NCBI GenBank assembly: GCA_000999095.1
Contig: LCFP01000001.1
Location: 10,230-74,229 of the forward strand
From: Candidatus Gottesmanbacteria bacterium GW2011_GWA2_43_14
GTDB lineage: Bacteria > Patescibacteriota > Microgenomatia > 2-02-FULL-39-11
Length of the DNA stretch: 64,000 nucleotides
Reading direction: 5' to 3'
This document shows positions 10,370 through 22,993 of this stretch, in pieces (the stretch's first letter is position 1; each line of letters opens with the position of its first letter). The position numbers and the translations under genes are program-made. The notes below the pieces were generated by a model. That model did not search any database. It was not told where the DNA came from and saw only the letters and a list, made by a program, of their open reading frames with translations.

Positions 10370-11307
10370 CTGTGTGCGGCGCCGATTAAATCATCCAATT
10401 CAGATATGCTGTTATCTGCCAGGTATTTTGTTAAACCGGCGTTCAATTCATCAAAAACTTTCATGCCTTTATAATATGTCGCTGATCCGACCCCGACCAG
10501 TGTTGCTCCGGCCAATATCATCTCGACAATGTCCTGCCATTTTAGAACCCCGCCCATACCTATTATCGGAATTTTTACTGCTTCAAAAATTTCATAGACA
10601 CATCTGACGGCGACCGGTAATATTCCCGGTCCTGAAACTCCGCCTTTTTTAGTGCCCAGAACAGGCTTTTTTTTATAGATATCAATCATCATCCCCGGAC
10701 CGACAGTATTTATAGCCACTATTCCGTCGGCGCCGGCCCCCTCGCATGATTTGGCAATATCTGCGATATCGTTCACGTTCGGAGACAATTTGGCCAGGAG
10801 TGGTATTTTTCCCGAGAGTTTTTTTACTTCCCCGACGATTTTACCGGCCGCGCCTTTCTCCATTCCCAGAGGTTTACCGAATTCATCATCGACATTGGGA
10901 CAGGATAAATTAAGCTCAATCAAATCAGGCGAGGCGGGTACAAGCTTTTCGACCATCAGGGAAAATTCGGAAAACCTGGTGGCATAGACACTGGCAATGA
11001 GCGGGATTTCCCGATGGTCCTTTTTAAACAGGGCGATCTCCCCGGCACCTTTAGCTATGCCGGAATTTACCAAACCGACCGAATTAATAACATTGTATTC
11101 ATTTTTCCAGACCCGGGGGGGAGGATTGCCTTCTCTTTTATGGACAGTCAGAGATTTGAAAGTGATGCCGCTGGCTCCGTTTTCATAGGCTTTCAGATAG
11201 GCGTTGGCTGCAGCATAGATACCGGAAGGCAAAACAAGGGGATTTTTAAATTCAACCCCGCAAAAATTTACCGTTAATTTATCCATCAGTTGAATAATTT
11301 GTACCAT
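10366..11307 (-). CDS. pyrD: Dihydroorotate dehydrogenase, class 1 (Cys active-site base). No pyrK partner is present, so probably the fumarate-dependent class 1A.
   Basis: NLSCPN active-site loop with Cys and GGV..IIGMGGV FMN-binding motifs. There is no N-terminal membrane anchor. Confidence 0.85.
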   Translation of the reverse strand: MVQIIQLMDKLTVNFCGVEFKNPLVLPSGIYAAANAYLKAYENGASGITFKSLTVHKREGNPPPRVWKNEYNVINSVGLVNSGIAKGAGEIALFKKDHREIPLIASVYATRFSEFSLMVEKLVPASPDLIELNLSCPNVDDEFGKPLGMEKGAAGKIVGEVKKLSGKIPLLAKLSPNVNDIADIAKSCEGAGADGIVAINTVGPGMMIDIYKKKPVLGTKKGGVSGPGILPVAVRCVYEIFEAVKIPIIGMGGVLKWQDIVEMILAGATLVGVGSATYYKGMKVFDELNAGLTKYLADNSISELDDLIGAAHR

Positions 11308-11356
11308 AGTAAACTAACAGGCGCAACAGTCTGAATCTCTATGTTATTATTCCCGT

Positions 11357-12760
11357 ATGAAATACCGTACGGAAAAGGATTCTTTGGGAAAAGTCAGTAT
11401 TCCCGCAGACACATATTACGGAATTCAAACTTGGAGGGCACTTCAGAATTTTCCCGTATCAGGGCTGCTGCCTGATCCGCGTTATGTCAAAGCTTCGGTA
11501 CTTATCAAAAAAGCAGCGGCTTTGGCCAATTACCGGCTTAAGCTGCTCGACAAGGATATATATCAGGCAATCATTTTTGCCTGCGACCGTATTCTGGCAG
11601 GTTACCATTCAGACCAGTTTGTAGTCGATCCCTTTCAGGCTGGAGCCGGCACTTCACACCATATGAATATCAATGAAGTCATCGCCAATATCGCTTCCGA
11701 AAAACTGGGTTTTCCAAAAGGAATATATACCAGGGTTCATCCCCATAATCATGTGAACTTGGCCCAGTCAACCAATGATGTTATTCCGGCCGCTGCCAGA
11801 CTGACAGTTTTGCTCTATTGGCCTGACCTTGCCTCTGCCGTGGATAAAACTGTGGCTGTTTTTCAAAAAAAGGGCCGTGAATTCGCCGGAATCCACAAAA
11901 GCGGGCGAACTCACTTAAGCGATGCCCTGCCGGTCACGCTCGGTCAGGAATTCAAAGCCTATGCGTCTGCTTTAAAAAATGACCTCAAAAGGCTTCAAGC
12001 AAGCAGGAAAAACCTCTTTTACCTGGGACTGGGAGGCACGGCTGTGGGCACAGGTGTTAACAGCCATCCTGCATACCGGAAACTCGTAATCAAAGAGCTT
12101 GCCAAGCTTACCGGATTAAAACTGAAAGCTGCTCCCGATAGCGCCGAATCTATGCAAAACGTGGCCGACCTGCTTGATTTCTCCGGTGCTTTAAGAATCT
12201 TAAGCCAGAACCTGATCAGAATCAGCAATGATCTCAGACTTCTGTCATCCGGTCCCGGAACCGGCTTGGCTGAACTCACGCTGCCGGAAGTTCAGGCCGG
12301 ATCAACGATTATGCCTGGAAAAGTCAATCCTTCACTGCTTGAAATGCTGACTATGACGGCCTTCCAGGTTATCGGCAGCGACCAGACGATTCTATTGGCC
12401 TCTATGCACGGTCAACTGGAGCTTAATGTATTTTTGCCCGTCGTGGTGCATAATCTCACCAACCAGATCAGGATTTTAACAAATGCCCTGGGAGCTTTTG
12501 AAAGTAAATATTTGCGGTTTGTTGAGGCGGACCGTGAAATGTGCAATTATTGGTTGGAAAAGTCAAGCGGTCTGGCGGCAATTCTTAATCCCCACCTGGG
12601 CTATGAAAAAGCTGCGGAACTCTACCGTGAATCAAGAAAAAGCAAAATTCCCATTACAGAACTGGTAGTTAAAAAAGGCTTAATGACATCTCAAAAAGCA
12701 AAGGCAGTTTTCGACCTGAAAAAAATTATAAAACCTAACCTGACCGGAAATAAAAAATGA
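11357..12760 (+). CDS. fumC: Class II fumarate hydratase / aspartate ammonia-lyase family enzyme. The C-terminal region resembles FumC more than AspA.
   Basis: GSTIMPGKVNPS signature; ELNVFLPVVVHN and LNPHLGYEKAAE resemble FumC, while the N-terminal PADTYYGIQTWRALQNF looks aspartase-like. Confidence 0.75.
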   Translation: MKYRTEKDSLGKVSIPADTYYGIQTWRALQNFPVSGLLPDPRYVKASVLIKKAAALANYRLKLLDKDIYQAIIFACDRILAGYHSDQFVVDPFQAGAGTSHHMNINEVIANIASEKLGFPKGIYTRVHPHNHVNLAQSTNDVIPAAARLTVLLYWPDLASAVDKTVAVFQKKGREFAGIHKSGRTHLSDALPVTLGQEFKAYASALKNDLKRLQASRKNLFYLGLGGTAVGTGVNSHPAYRKLVIKELAKLTGLKLKAAPDSAESMQNVADLLDFSGALRILSQNLIRISNDLRLLSSGPGTGLAELTLPEVQAGSTIMPGKVNPSLLEMLTMTAFQVIGSDQTILLASMHGQLELNVFLPVVVHNLTNQIRILTNALGAFESKYLRFVEADREMCNYWLEKSSGLAAILNPHLGYEKAAELYRESRKSKIPITELVVKKGLMTSQKAKAVFDLKKIIKPNLTGNKK

Positions 12761-13884
12761 TCGGCGAAGATAGCCTGAATCTCCATAAAAAATTGGGGGG
12801 CAAACTGACAATAGCATCGAAATTACCTCTTTCATCCAAACGCCTATTATCGCTTCTCTATACACCCGGAGTTGCCTCAAGCGTGGAGGCAATCGCCCGC
12901 AAAAAAGAGCTTGTTTATCAGTTAACGGTAAAAGGAAATACCGTTGCTGTTGTTACCGACGCAACCGCTGTTTTGGGTTTCGGCCGTCTCAGCCCCGAAG
13001 CGGCATTGCCAGTTATGGAAGGCAAATGCCTGTTGTTTAAGGAATTGGCAGGCATTGACGCTTTCCCTCTCTGCCTGAAAACCGGCAGCTGGCAGGAAAC
13101 AGTTAAAGTCATCAGAAGCATATCCCCGGTTTTTGCCGCCATAAACCTCGAAGACATTGCCGCGCCTGATTGTTTTCATATTGAAAAAAACCTGCAGGAT
13201 TTGGGAATTCCGGTAGTTCATGACGACCAGCATGCGACTGCCATTGCTGTTCTCGCCGGTCTTCTCAATGCCACAAAAATCGTTACCAAAGATTTAAAAA
13301 AATGCAAAATTACCGTCTGCGGAGCCGGAGCAGCCGGAAATGCCGTCATCAGACTGCTGAAAGATTATGGCTGCCGGAATTTAATTGCGGTAGACAGCCG
13401 GGGAATAATCAGTAAATTCCGTCCTGATCTGGATGATTACAAAAAAATATTGTCAGATATTACAAATTCGGAACAAATCAGGGGCAAACTCGAAACAGCG
13501 GTCGAAGGAAGCGATATCCTGGTTGGAGTCTCAAAAAAAGAACTGTTTTCAACGGATTTAATCGGATCGATGAATAAAAAAGCCATTGTTTTTGCCCTGG
13601 CCAATCCTGAACCGGAAATCAGCCGGAAAGAAGCTCTTAAAGGAGGTGCTGCGGTCTATGCCTCAGGCTCCAGCGAAGATACAAATCAAATTAATAATGC
13701 CCTGATTTTCCCCGGCCTGTTTCGCGGACTTCTTGACGGCCGAAGAAAAAAAATATCCTCTCAGCTTAAAATCAAAACAGCCATGAATGTTGCCGCACGC
13801 GTTAAAAAACCGGTTGCCGGCAAATTCATGCCTTCAGTCCTTGATAAGAAATTGGTCGAAATAATTGCGGGAACAGTAAATTAA
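12757..13884 (+). CDS. NAD(P)-dependent malic enzyme, short form
   Basis: LSLLYTPGVA...VVTDATAVLGFG...CGAGAAG is the Rossmann region. ATGA overlap with the upstream gene. Confidence 0.8.
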   Translation: MIGEDSLNLHKKLGGKLTIASKLPLSSKRLLSLLYTPGVASSVEAIARKKELVYQLTVKGNTVAVVTDATAVLGFGRLSPEAALPVMEGKCLLFKELAGIDAFPLCLKTGSWQETVKVIRSISPVFAAINLEDIAAPDCFHIEKNLQDLGIPVVHDDQHATAIAVLAGLLNATKIVTKDLKKCKITVCGAGAAGNAVIRLLKDYGCRNLIAVDSRGIISKFRPDLDDYKKILSDITNSEQIRGKLETAVEGSDILVGVSKKELFSTDLIGSMNKKAIVFALANPEPEISRKEALKGGAAVYASGSSEDTNQINNALIFPGLFRGLLDGRRKKISSQLKIKTAMNVAARVKKPVAGKFMPSVLDKKLVEIIAGTVN

Positions 13885-14936
13885 TTAATTTTCCGGCCGA
13901 AACCGGGAGGGACTAGGATTTTATTATTTTCGAAAACAGTTTGGCCTCTGATCACTGTTTTGACGACCTTTCCGTTAACGATCCAGCCGTCAAAAGGCGA
14001 CCAACCGCACCTGGTAAAGAGATTTGTGTTTTCAATCCGGTACTTTCCGCCTGACTCAGCCTCCACATATGTGTCTATTTCCTGGTTGATCCCGAAAATT
14101 TTACGCGGTCCTTCATTGGTCAGTCTGATAATTTCTTTGACAGTCACTTTTCCATCGGCAACAGCCGTTAAAAGCAGGGGCAGCATTGTTTCCAGTCCCG
14201 GAAATCCAAATGCCTCTTTACGATGTTTTTCCTCTAAAGTATGCGGGGCGTGGTCTGTTGCCAGACAATCAACTTCGCTTATATTTTGCCAAAGAAAAAC
14301 CTGATCTGAGATTGTGGCTAAAGGCGGTTTAACCTGGGCCAGCTTGCCAAGTTTTTGACCATCCTCCTGATTTAAAAACAGGTGGTGAGGCGTGACATCG
14401 CAGGTTAATGCCAATTTGTCTTTTCTAGCCCTGATTATCTGTTCAAGAGCGTTTTTGGTTGAGATATGGGATATATGCAATTTGCTTCCGGTTTTCGCGG
14501 CCATTTCAATAGCCAGATTGATTTGATCCCCTTCACCGTGTATTACGATGACTTTTTCTTTAGGCCAGGCAACAAAAATCCGTTCCAGTAATTTCGGATC
14601 CGAAATAAACTGCCTGCCGGTAGTCAAACCAAGATATATTTTCAGGCCGGCTGTTTTAAGGGCGGCTTTTGCAAATATATCTAAATTTTTGCCGTCTGTT
14701 CCGAAATATAAACCGTAATCGCAGACTGCTTTATTCTCGGCGGCCAATTCTTTTTCCCGCAGCCGTTCCAAAGTAGTGACATGATCAGAATTATTAGGCA
14801 TGTCAAAAACGGCAGTGACACCTCCGGCCACCGCAGCACTGCTGCCTGTGAAAAAATCTTCTTTGTGGGTTTGCCCCGGATCACGGAAATGTACATGGAT
14901 ATCGATCAGGCCGGGTAAACGGATTAGAGAGCTCAT
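13881..14936 (-). CDS. pyrC: Dihydroorotase
   Basis: PGLIDIHVHFRDPG...DHAPH metal-binding motifs. Confidence 0.85.
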   Translation of the reverse strand: MSSLIRLPGLIDIHVHFRDPGQTHKEDFFTGSSAAVAGGVTAVFDMPNNSDHVTTLERLREKELAAENKAVCDYGLYFGTDGKNLDIFAKAALKTAGLKIYLGLTTGRQFISDPKLLERIFVAWPKEKVIVIHGEGDQINLAIEMAAKTGSKLHISHISTKNALEQIIRARKDKLALTCDVTPHHLFLNQEDGQKLGKLAQVKPPLATISDQVFLWQNISEVDCLATDHAPHTLEEKHRKEAFGFPGLETMLPLLLTAVADGKVTVKEIIRLTNEGPRKIFGINQEIDTYVEAESGGKYRIENTNLFTRCGWSPFDGWIVNGKVVKTVIRGQTVFENNKILVPPGFGRKIN

Positions 14937-15871
14937 GGATTCAAAATCAGATCAAGAAGAGCCATTCTGACGGAAAGACCGTTTTTAAGCTGTTCATTTA
15001 GATAAAGAGAACGGGGATCATTATCCATTTCGGGACTGATTTCCCCGGCGGCTATAGGCAACGGGTGCATGATAATGACTTCTTTATTTGCTCCGGTTAG
15101 TAAAGACTTATTTAGCCGGTAAAAGCTTTTTAATTTCTCATATTCGTCAGGATCGTTAAACCGTTCCTTTTGTACTCTTGTCATATAGATGACATCGCTT
15201 CCGTTGACAGCTTCTTTTAATTGATCAGTTCGGCGAACAGATGAATTTCTTTCCAAGGCTTCAGTGATTTGAGAAGGCATCGAGAGCATTAGTGGTGAAA
15301 CCAGGTTAAACGTTATTTTTCTGCCGCATTTAAGCAGGAGTTTGCTTAATGAATGTACCGTCCGGCCGTACTTTAAGTCACCGGCCAAGGTAACCGTCAG
15401 TTCTTTTTTTTCCGGAAATCGTTTGAGTATGGTATATGTGTCAAAAACAGCCTGGCTGGGATGCTCGCCTGCACCGTCTCCGGCATTAATGACGGGATTG
15501 TCGGTCAATGCTGCTGCCCTTGCCGGATATCCGATCTCCGGGTGGCGGATAATGAGACAGTCGGCATAAACGGAAAATACTCTAATCGTATGTTCAAACG
15601 ATTCTCCTTTTTCGACCGAGGTATTTTTCATACCGTTAAAAGGCAGACTGCCTCCGCCCAATCTTTGAACAGCTGTTAAAAATGAGGAAAAAGTGCGCGT
15701 CGAAGGTTCAAAAAATAGCATAGCGGTTATTTTTCCCTGAAGACGGTTGTCGGATTTTTTCCGGTTGACGATTTCCTGCATTTCTCCGGACTTGGTCCAA
15801 ATCAGCTCCAGATCAGCTGAGGTCAGAGAATCGACTGTTGTTAAATCTTTTCCAAAGAGAGAATTAATCAT
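14933..15871 (-). CDS. pyrB: Aspartate carbamoyltransferase catalytic subunit
   Basis: STRTFSSF carbamoyl-phosphate-binding motif and HPLP motif. Confidence 0.9.
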   Translation of the reverse strand: MINSLFGKDLTTVDSLTSADLELIWTKSGEMQEIVNRKKSDNRLQGKITAMLFFEPSTRTFSSFLTAVQRLGGGSLPFNGMKNTSVEKGESFEHTIRVFSVYADCLIIRHPEIGYPARAAALTDNPVINAGDGAGEHPSQAVFDTYTILKRFPEKKELTVTLAGDLKYGRTVHSLSKLLLKCGRKITFNLVSPLMLSMPSQITEALERNSSVRRTDQLKEAVNGSDVIYMTRVQKERFNDPDEYEKLKSFYRLNKSLLTGANKEVIIMHPLPIAAGEISPEMDNDPRSLYLNEQLKNGLSVRMALLDLILNP

Positions 15872-18800
15872 AACTTTTCGGTTTTGTCCTTAGGTTGAAT
15901 AGTTGCCAGATATTCCCCCCAGGACTTTACTTTCAGGTCCTCTAATTTCAACTTATAGATGGAATTGATAATAAGATTGGCATTCGAGACTTTCGTAAAA
16001 AGTGGAATATTGGCATCAACCGTTGCCCTTCTTATTTGGTAGCCGTCGGTAGTCTCCTTGGACATTTCCCGTACTCCCAGATCCTCTCTGTCGCTCAGGT
16101 TTATCACCAGTCCGACTTTCCGGCTTTTGATAAAATCAATAACGTTCGGCCTTTTCTTTTCATGAACCTTGTATACCAGTGTAGCTGGTAGCCGGTTTAA
16201 TTTCAAAAAGTCCGCCGTATTTTTAGTGGCATAGAGGGAATAACCCAGCTTGACAAGAACCCGGCAGCCTTGAAGCATTTTCTGCTTATATTCCATACCG
16301 CCAAGGGAAACCAGGGCTGCTTTCCGGTCAAGATTAACACCGGTTGATAAGATTGCTTTTAAATAAGCTTCTTTCAAATCGTCGCCAAAACAGGCAACCT
16401 CTCCTGTTGAAGCCATCTCTACTCTCAGGACCGGGTCAACACGCCGCAGACGCGTAAAGGAAAAGTGGGCAACTTTAACACCGGTATATCTCGGTCTTTT
16501 TATTTTTACCTGTTTGACATTGTCTCCCAAAAGCACTTTGGTCGCGATTTCGATAAAATTAATGCCTAAAACTTTGGAAACAAAGGGGAAACTCCGCGAT
16601 GCCCTGAGATTTCCTTCGATGACCAGCACTTCCGGAATTGCCCGGCCGTCCTCATTGACTAAAAACTGGATATTGAATGGTCCATCGATAGGCAGGGTTT
16701 TAGCGATTTTTACCGAATTTTCCTTAATCAGCTCGACGGCATCCTCCGTTAAAGAGAATGAGGGTAAAACCAGGGTGGCATCGCCTGAATGGACGCCGGC
16801 ATGTTCGACGTGTTCGGAAATTGCCCAGACGACAATCTGGCCGTTTCTGGCAACCCCGTCGAAATCCACTTCCTTTGCACCGCGGATAAATTTCGACATG
16901 ACCAGGGGATAATCGGAATTAATAATGGCATCTGTCGTCTCAAGGTATCTTTCCAGCATATTCTCCGAATAGGCGACGTACATAGCGCGTCCTGACAACA
17001 CATACGATGGTCTTATCAGGACTGGATATCCGATTTTTTCGGCAAAAGCCAGGGTTTCACCACTGCTCTTCAGCCTTTTCCACAGCGGCTGGATAATTTT
17101 GAGGTTGTCCAAAAGACCGGAAAATTTTTCCCTGTCTTCCACCCTGTCTATAGCGTCCGGGGTGCTCCCCAGAATTTTCACATTTACCCTGGCCAACTTT
17201 GGCGTCAGCGTATTGGGAATCTGGCCGCCGACTGAAACAATCAACGGGCATTTTTCCAGTTCGACAATATCCAGAACCCTTTCGTAGGAAAGTTCTTCAA
17301 AATACAGCTTATCCAGGACATCGTAATCAGTAGATACAGTTTCCGGATTGCAGTTGATCATGACCGGGGAATAGCCGAATTTCTTACTTGTAAGAGCACT
17401 GTTGACGGCACACCAGTCAAATTCAACCGAGGATCCGATCTGGTATGGACCTCCGCCCAGGATTATTACCTGTTTAGGCAAGTTAAATTTAACGTCGTGC
17501 TCTTTACGGTGATAAGACAAATAAAGATAATTGGTTTTGGCGGGAAATTCACCGGCCAGTGTGTCTATCTGGCAGACTTTAGGCAGGATACCGTATTTTT
17601 GTCTTAACCGGCGGATATCAGCTTCTTCATTTCCGTAAATTTCCCCGATCTGGCAATCGGAAAAACCATGTTTTTTGGCCTGTTCAAGGATATCCCTGCC
17701 GGGTTCATTGTTCAGGTTGTCATTAATCATCTCCCGGTAAAAATTTACGATTGCATCAAGCCTGTCGAGAAACCAGGGGTCTATTCCTGTTTTTTTATAT
17801 ATATCATCCTTTGATTGTCCGAGATACAAATTATAAGCCAGATTATAGAGCCTGTCCGGAGAGGCATCTAAAAAACGGAAGTTCTTGCCGTTAATTTTGT
17901 TTAGTTTGGCTTTATCCAAATCATCGGAGATGATGCCCTGGAAATCCAGGTCCAGACAGCGGACGGCTTTTTGCATTGCTTCTTCAAAACTGCGGCCGAT
18001 GGCCATTACTTCACCGACACTTTGCATCTCGCTGCCCAACGTTTCATCCTGGTTTTTAAATTTCAGAAAATCCCAGCGCGGTATTTTAACAACCAGGTAA
18101 TCCATGGCCGGCTCAAAAAAAGCACTGGTTGCGCGGGTTACCTGGTTGCGGAGTTCATCAAGCCGGTAGCCCAATGCCAATTTTGCCGCTACATACGCCA
18201 GCGGATAACCGGTAGCTTTGGATGCTAATGCTGAGGAACGTGACAGGCGGGCATTGACTTCGATGATGCGGTAATCCCCGTCTTTCGGGGACAGAGCATA
18301 CTGGATATTGCATTCTCCGACTATCGGCAATGATTTTACGACCTTGATGGCTATTTCTCTCAACCGGTGGTACTCCTCATTGGTCAGTGTTTGAGACGGA
18401 GCAACCACGATGGATTCGCCCGTATGGATTCCCATGGGATCAAAATTTTCCATATTGCAGACGGTGATACAGTTGTCAGAGGCGTCACGGACCACCTCAT
18501 ATTCTATTTCTTTCCAATGTTCCAGGTATTCCTCGATCAGAATTTGCGGGGTCAAAGCCAGTGCTTTTAGGCTGATATCCGTAAGATCCTGCCTTTTGCG
18601 GGCAACACCTGAACCTAAACCCCCAAGTGAAAAGCCGGCCCTGACAATGACCGGATATTTAATCTTGTCAGCTATTTTTTCCACCTCAGACATATTCCGG
18701 CAAAAACAACTTGTTGGTACTTTTAAACCCAAATTTTGGATTGCTTTACGGAACAACAGACGGTCTTCAGTTTTGCGGATTGCGGAAACAGGCGTCCCCA

Positions 18801-19146
18801 GCACTTTAACTTTATATTTTTGGAAAACGCCCCTTTTTTCCAATTCCAATCCGCAATTTAAGGCAGTCTGGCCGCCGAACCCCAAAAAGATGCCGTCGGG
18901 CGCTTCTTTCTGGATAATTTTTTCGGTAAAATATGGGGTTACCGGCATGAAATAGACTTTACTGACAAACTCATGCGAAGTTTGAATCGTAGCAATATTA
19001 GGATTAATCAGTACAACTTCAATTCCCTCTTCTTTCAGGGCTTTAGCTGCCTGTGAACCGGAATAATCAAACTCCCCGGCTTCACCGATTTTGAGTGCGC
19101 CTGATCCTAACAGCAGGACTTTTTTTATATTTTCCGTTAAAGCCAT
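15868..19146 (-). CDS. carB: Carbamoyl-phosphate synthase large subunit
   Basis: 1092 aa with two ATP-grasp halves, oligomerisation and MGS-like domains. Confidence 0.92.
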   Translation of the reverse strand: MALTENIKKVLLLGSGALKIGEAGEFDYSGSQAAKALKEEGIEVVLINPNIATIQTSHEFVSKVYFMPVTPYFTEKIIQKEAPDGIFLGFGGQTALNCGLELEKRGVFQKYKVKVLGTPVSAIRKTEDRLLFRKAIQNLGLKVPTSCFCRNMSEVEKIADKIKYPVIVRAGFSLGGLGSGVARKRQDLTDISLKALALTPQILIEEYLEHWKEIEYEVVRDASDNCITVCNMENFDPMGIHTGESIVVAPSQTLTNEEYHRLREIAIKVVKSLPIVGECNIQYALSPKDGDYRIIEVNARLSRSSALASKATGYPLAYVAAKLALGYRLDELRNQVTRATSAFFEPAMDYLVVKIPRWDFLKFKNQDETLGSEMQSVGEVMAIGRSFEEAMQKAVRCLDLDFQGIISDDLDKAKLNKINGKNFRFLDASPDRLYNLAYNLYLGQSKDDIYKKTGIDPWFLDRLDAIVNFYREMINDNLNNEPGRDILEQAKKHGFSDCQIGEIYGNEEADIRRLRQKYGILPKVCQIDTLAGEFPAKTNYLYLSYHRKEHDVKFNLPKQVIILGGGPYQIGSSVEFDWCAVNSALTSKKFGYSPVMINCNPETVSTDYDVLDKLYFEELSYERVLDIVELEKCPLIVSVGGQIPNTLTPKLARVNVKILGSTPDAIDRVEDREKFSGLLDNLKIIQPLWKRLKSSGETLAFAEKIGYPVLIRPSYVLSGRAMYVAYSENMLERYLETTDAIINSDYPLVMSKFIRGAKEVDFDGVARNGQIVVWAISEHVEHAGVHSGDATLVLPSFSLTEDAVELIKENSVKIAKTLPIDGPFNIQFLVNEDGRAIPEVLVIEGNLRASRSFPFVSKVLGINFIEIATKVLLGDNVKQVKIKRPRYTGVKVAHFSFTRLRRVDPVLRVEMASTGEVACFGDDLKEAYLKAILSTGVNLDRKAALVSLGGMEYKQKMLQGCRVLVKLGYSLYATKNTADFLKLNRLPATLVYKVHEKKRPNVIDFIKSRKVGLVINLSDREDLGVREMSKETTDGYQIRRATVDANIPLFTKVSNANLIINSIYKLKLEDLKVKSWGEYLATIQPKDKTEKL

Positions 19147-20237
19147 TTTTTCACCACTCGGAAATAATAATCAAACAACCAGTTGGTGTCAGTCGGGCCT
19201 GGACTGGCTTCAGGATGGAACTGAACACAAAAAAAAGGCAATTTCTTATGCCTTATGCCTTCATTGGTGCCGTCGTTGAGGTTGGTAAACCAGATCTGCC
19301 AATCTTTTGGTATAGATTTTTCAACTACGGAATATCCGTGATTTTGCGAAGTAATAAAGCATTTGCCGCTGACAACATCCCTGACCGGCTGGTTCTGACT
19401 GCGGTGCCCGTACTTTAACTTATAAATATCCCCTCCGGCGGCAAGAGCCATGATTTGGTGTCCCAGGCAAATACCGAATGTGGGTATTTTTTTGGCTAAG
19501 GACTGCCTGACTGTCTCAACGGTTTCCGGCATGGTCCTGGCATCTCCCGGACCGTTACTGATAAAGACCGTATCAAAATCGGGCGGCTTTTTTTCCTGGT
19601 ACGGATTATAATTCCAGGGTACCCGGATAACGGTCGTATCGTAGTTCAGCATCAGACGGATCTGGTTGTACTTTAACCCGCAATCGATAAAAAGTACGCG
19701 TAATCTCCCATTTCCGTAGATTTCAGGCTTCCTGCAGCTGACAAACGGCACCAGATTTTCTCTGTTTATGTCCTTAAAAGAAAAACCCCCGAATTTATCG
19801 GGGGGTTTTTGGAAAGTGATCAGTCCTTTCATGACGCCTGTAGTTCTAAGGGTTTTAGTCAGAGAGCGGGTGTCGATTCCTGACAGTCCCGGCACTTTCT
19901 CTCTCTTCATCCATGAGGCCAGTACTTCTTTTGCCTGATAATGCGACTTGTTTTCTTCATACCGCGAAACGACTAATCCTGAAATTTGCATCCTGTCCGA
20001 TTCAAAATTTTCAGGCATCCTTGCGGATTTGCCTGCCGGAGGAACTCCGTAGTTGCCGATTAAAGGATAAGTTGCTACCAGAATTTGACCGTAGTAAGAG
20101 GGGTCCGTAAATCCTTCAGGGTAGCCGACCATGCCGGTATTAAAAACTACTTCCCCGGCAATTTCCCTGTCTATGCTGAATGAATCGCCTTCGTAAATAT
20201 CACCGTTCTCAAGTATCAGATATCCTTTTTTAGGCAT
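19137..20237 (-). CDS. carA: Carbamoyl-phosphate synthase small subunit. The start was moved to the internal MPKKGYLILENGD, which has a GAGGAA Shine-Dalgarno.
   Basis: CPSase small-subunit N-domain plus GATase (ICLGHQ). Confidence 0.88.
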   Translation of the reverse strand: MPKKGYLILENGDIYEGDSFSIDREIAGEVVFNTGMVGYPEGFTDPSYYGQILVATYPLIGNYGVPPAGKSARMPENFESDRMQISGLVVSRYEENKSHYQAKEVLASWMKREKVPGLSGIDTRSLTKTLRTTGVMKGLITFQKPPDKFGGFSFKDINRENLVPFVSCRKPEIYGNGRLRVLFIDCGLKYNQIRLMLNYDTTVIRVPWNYNPYQEKKPPDFDTVFISNGPGDARTMPETVETVRQSLAKKIPTFGICLGHQIMALAAGGDIYKLKYGHRSQNQPVRDVVSGKCFITSQNHGYSVVEKSIPKDWQIWFTNLNDGTNEGIRHKKLPFFCVQFHPEASPGPTDTNWLFDYYFRVVKKWL

Positions 20238-20334
20238 CTCTAAAATTCCTCGTCCCATCTTAAAAAAAATCCCCTGTTTTGCCCTTGGGGTTATATTTTA
20301 ATACTATCAGCCAACTTAGACAACCCTTAACTCC

Positions 20335-22992
<2,658 letters not shown>

Positions 22993-22993
<1 letters not shown>

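Noticed and set aside
20259-20334. Possible intrinsic terminator between atpC and carA (CCCCaagggcaaaacaGGGG followed by U8)
   Set aside because: Only a 4-bp stem with a 12-nt loop. It is plausible but too weak to call without folding energies.
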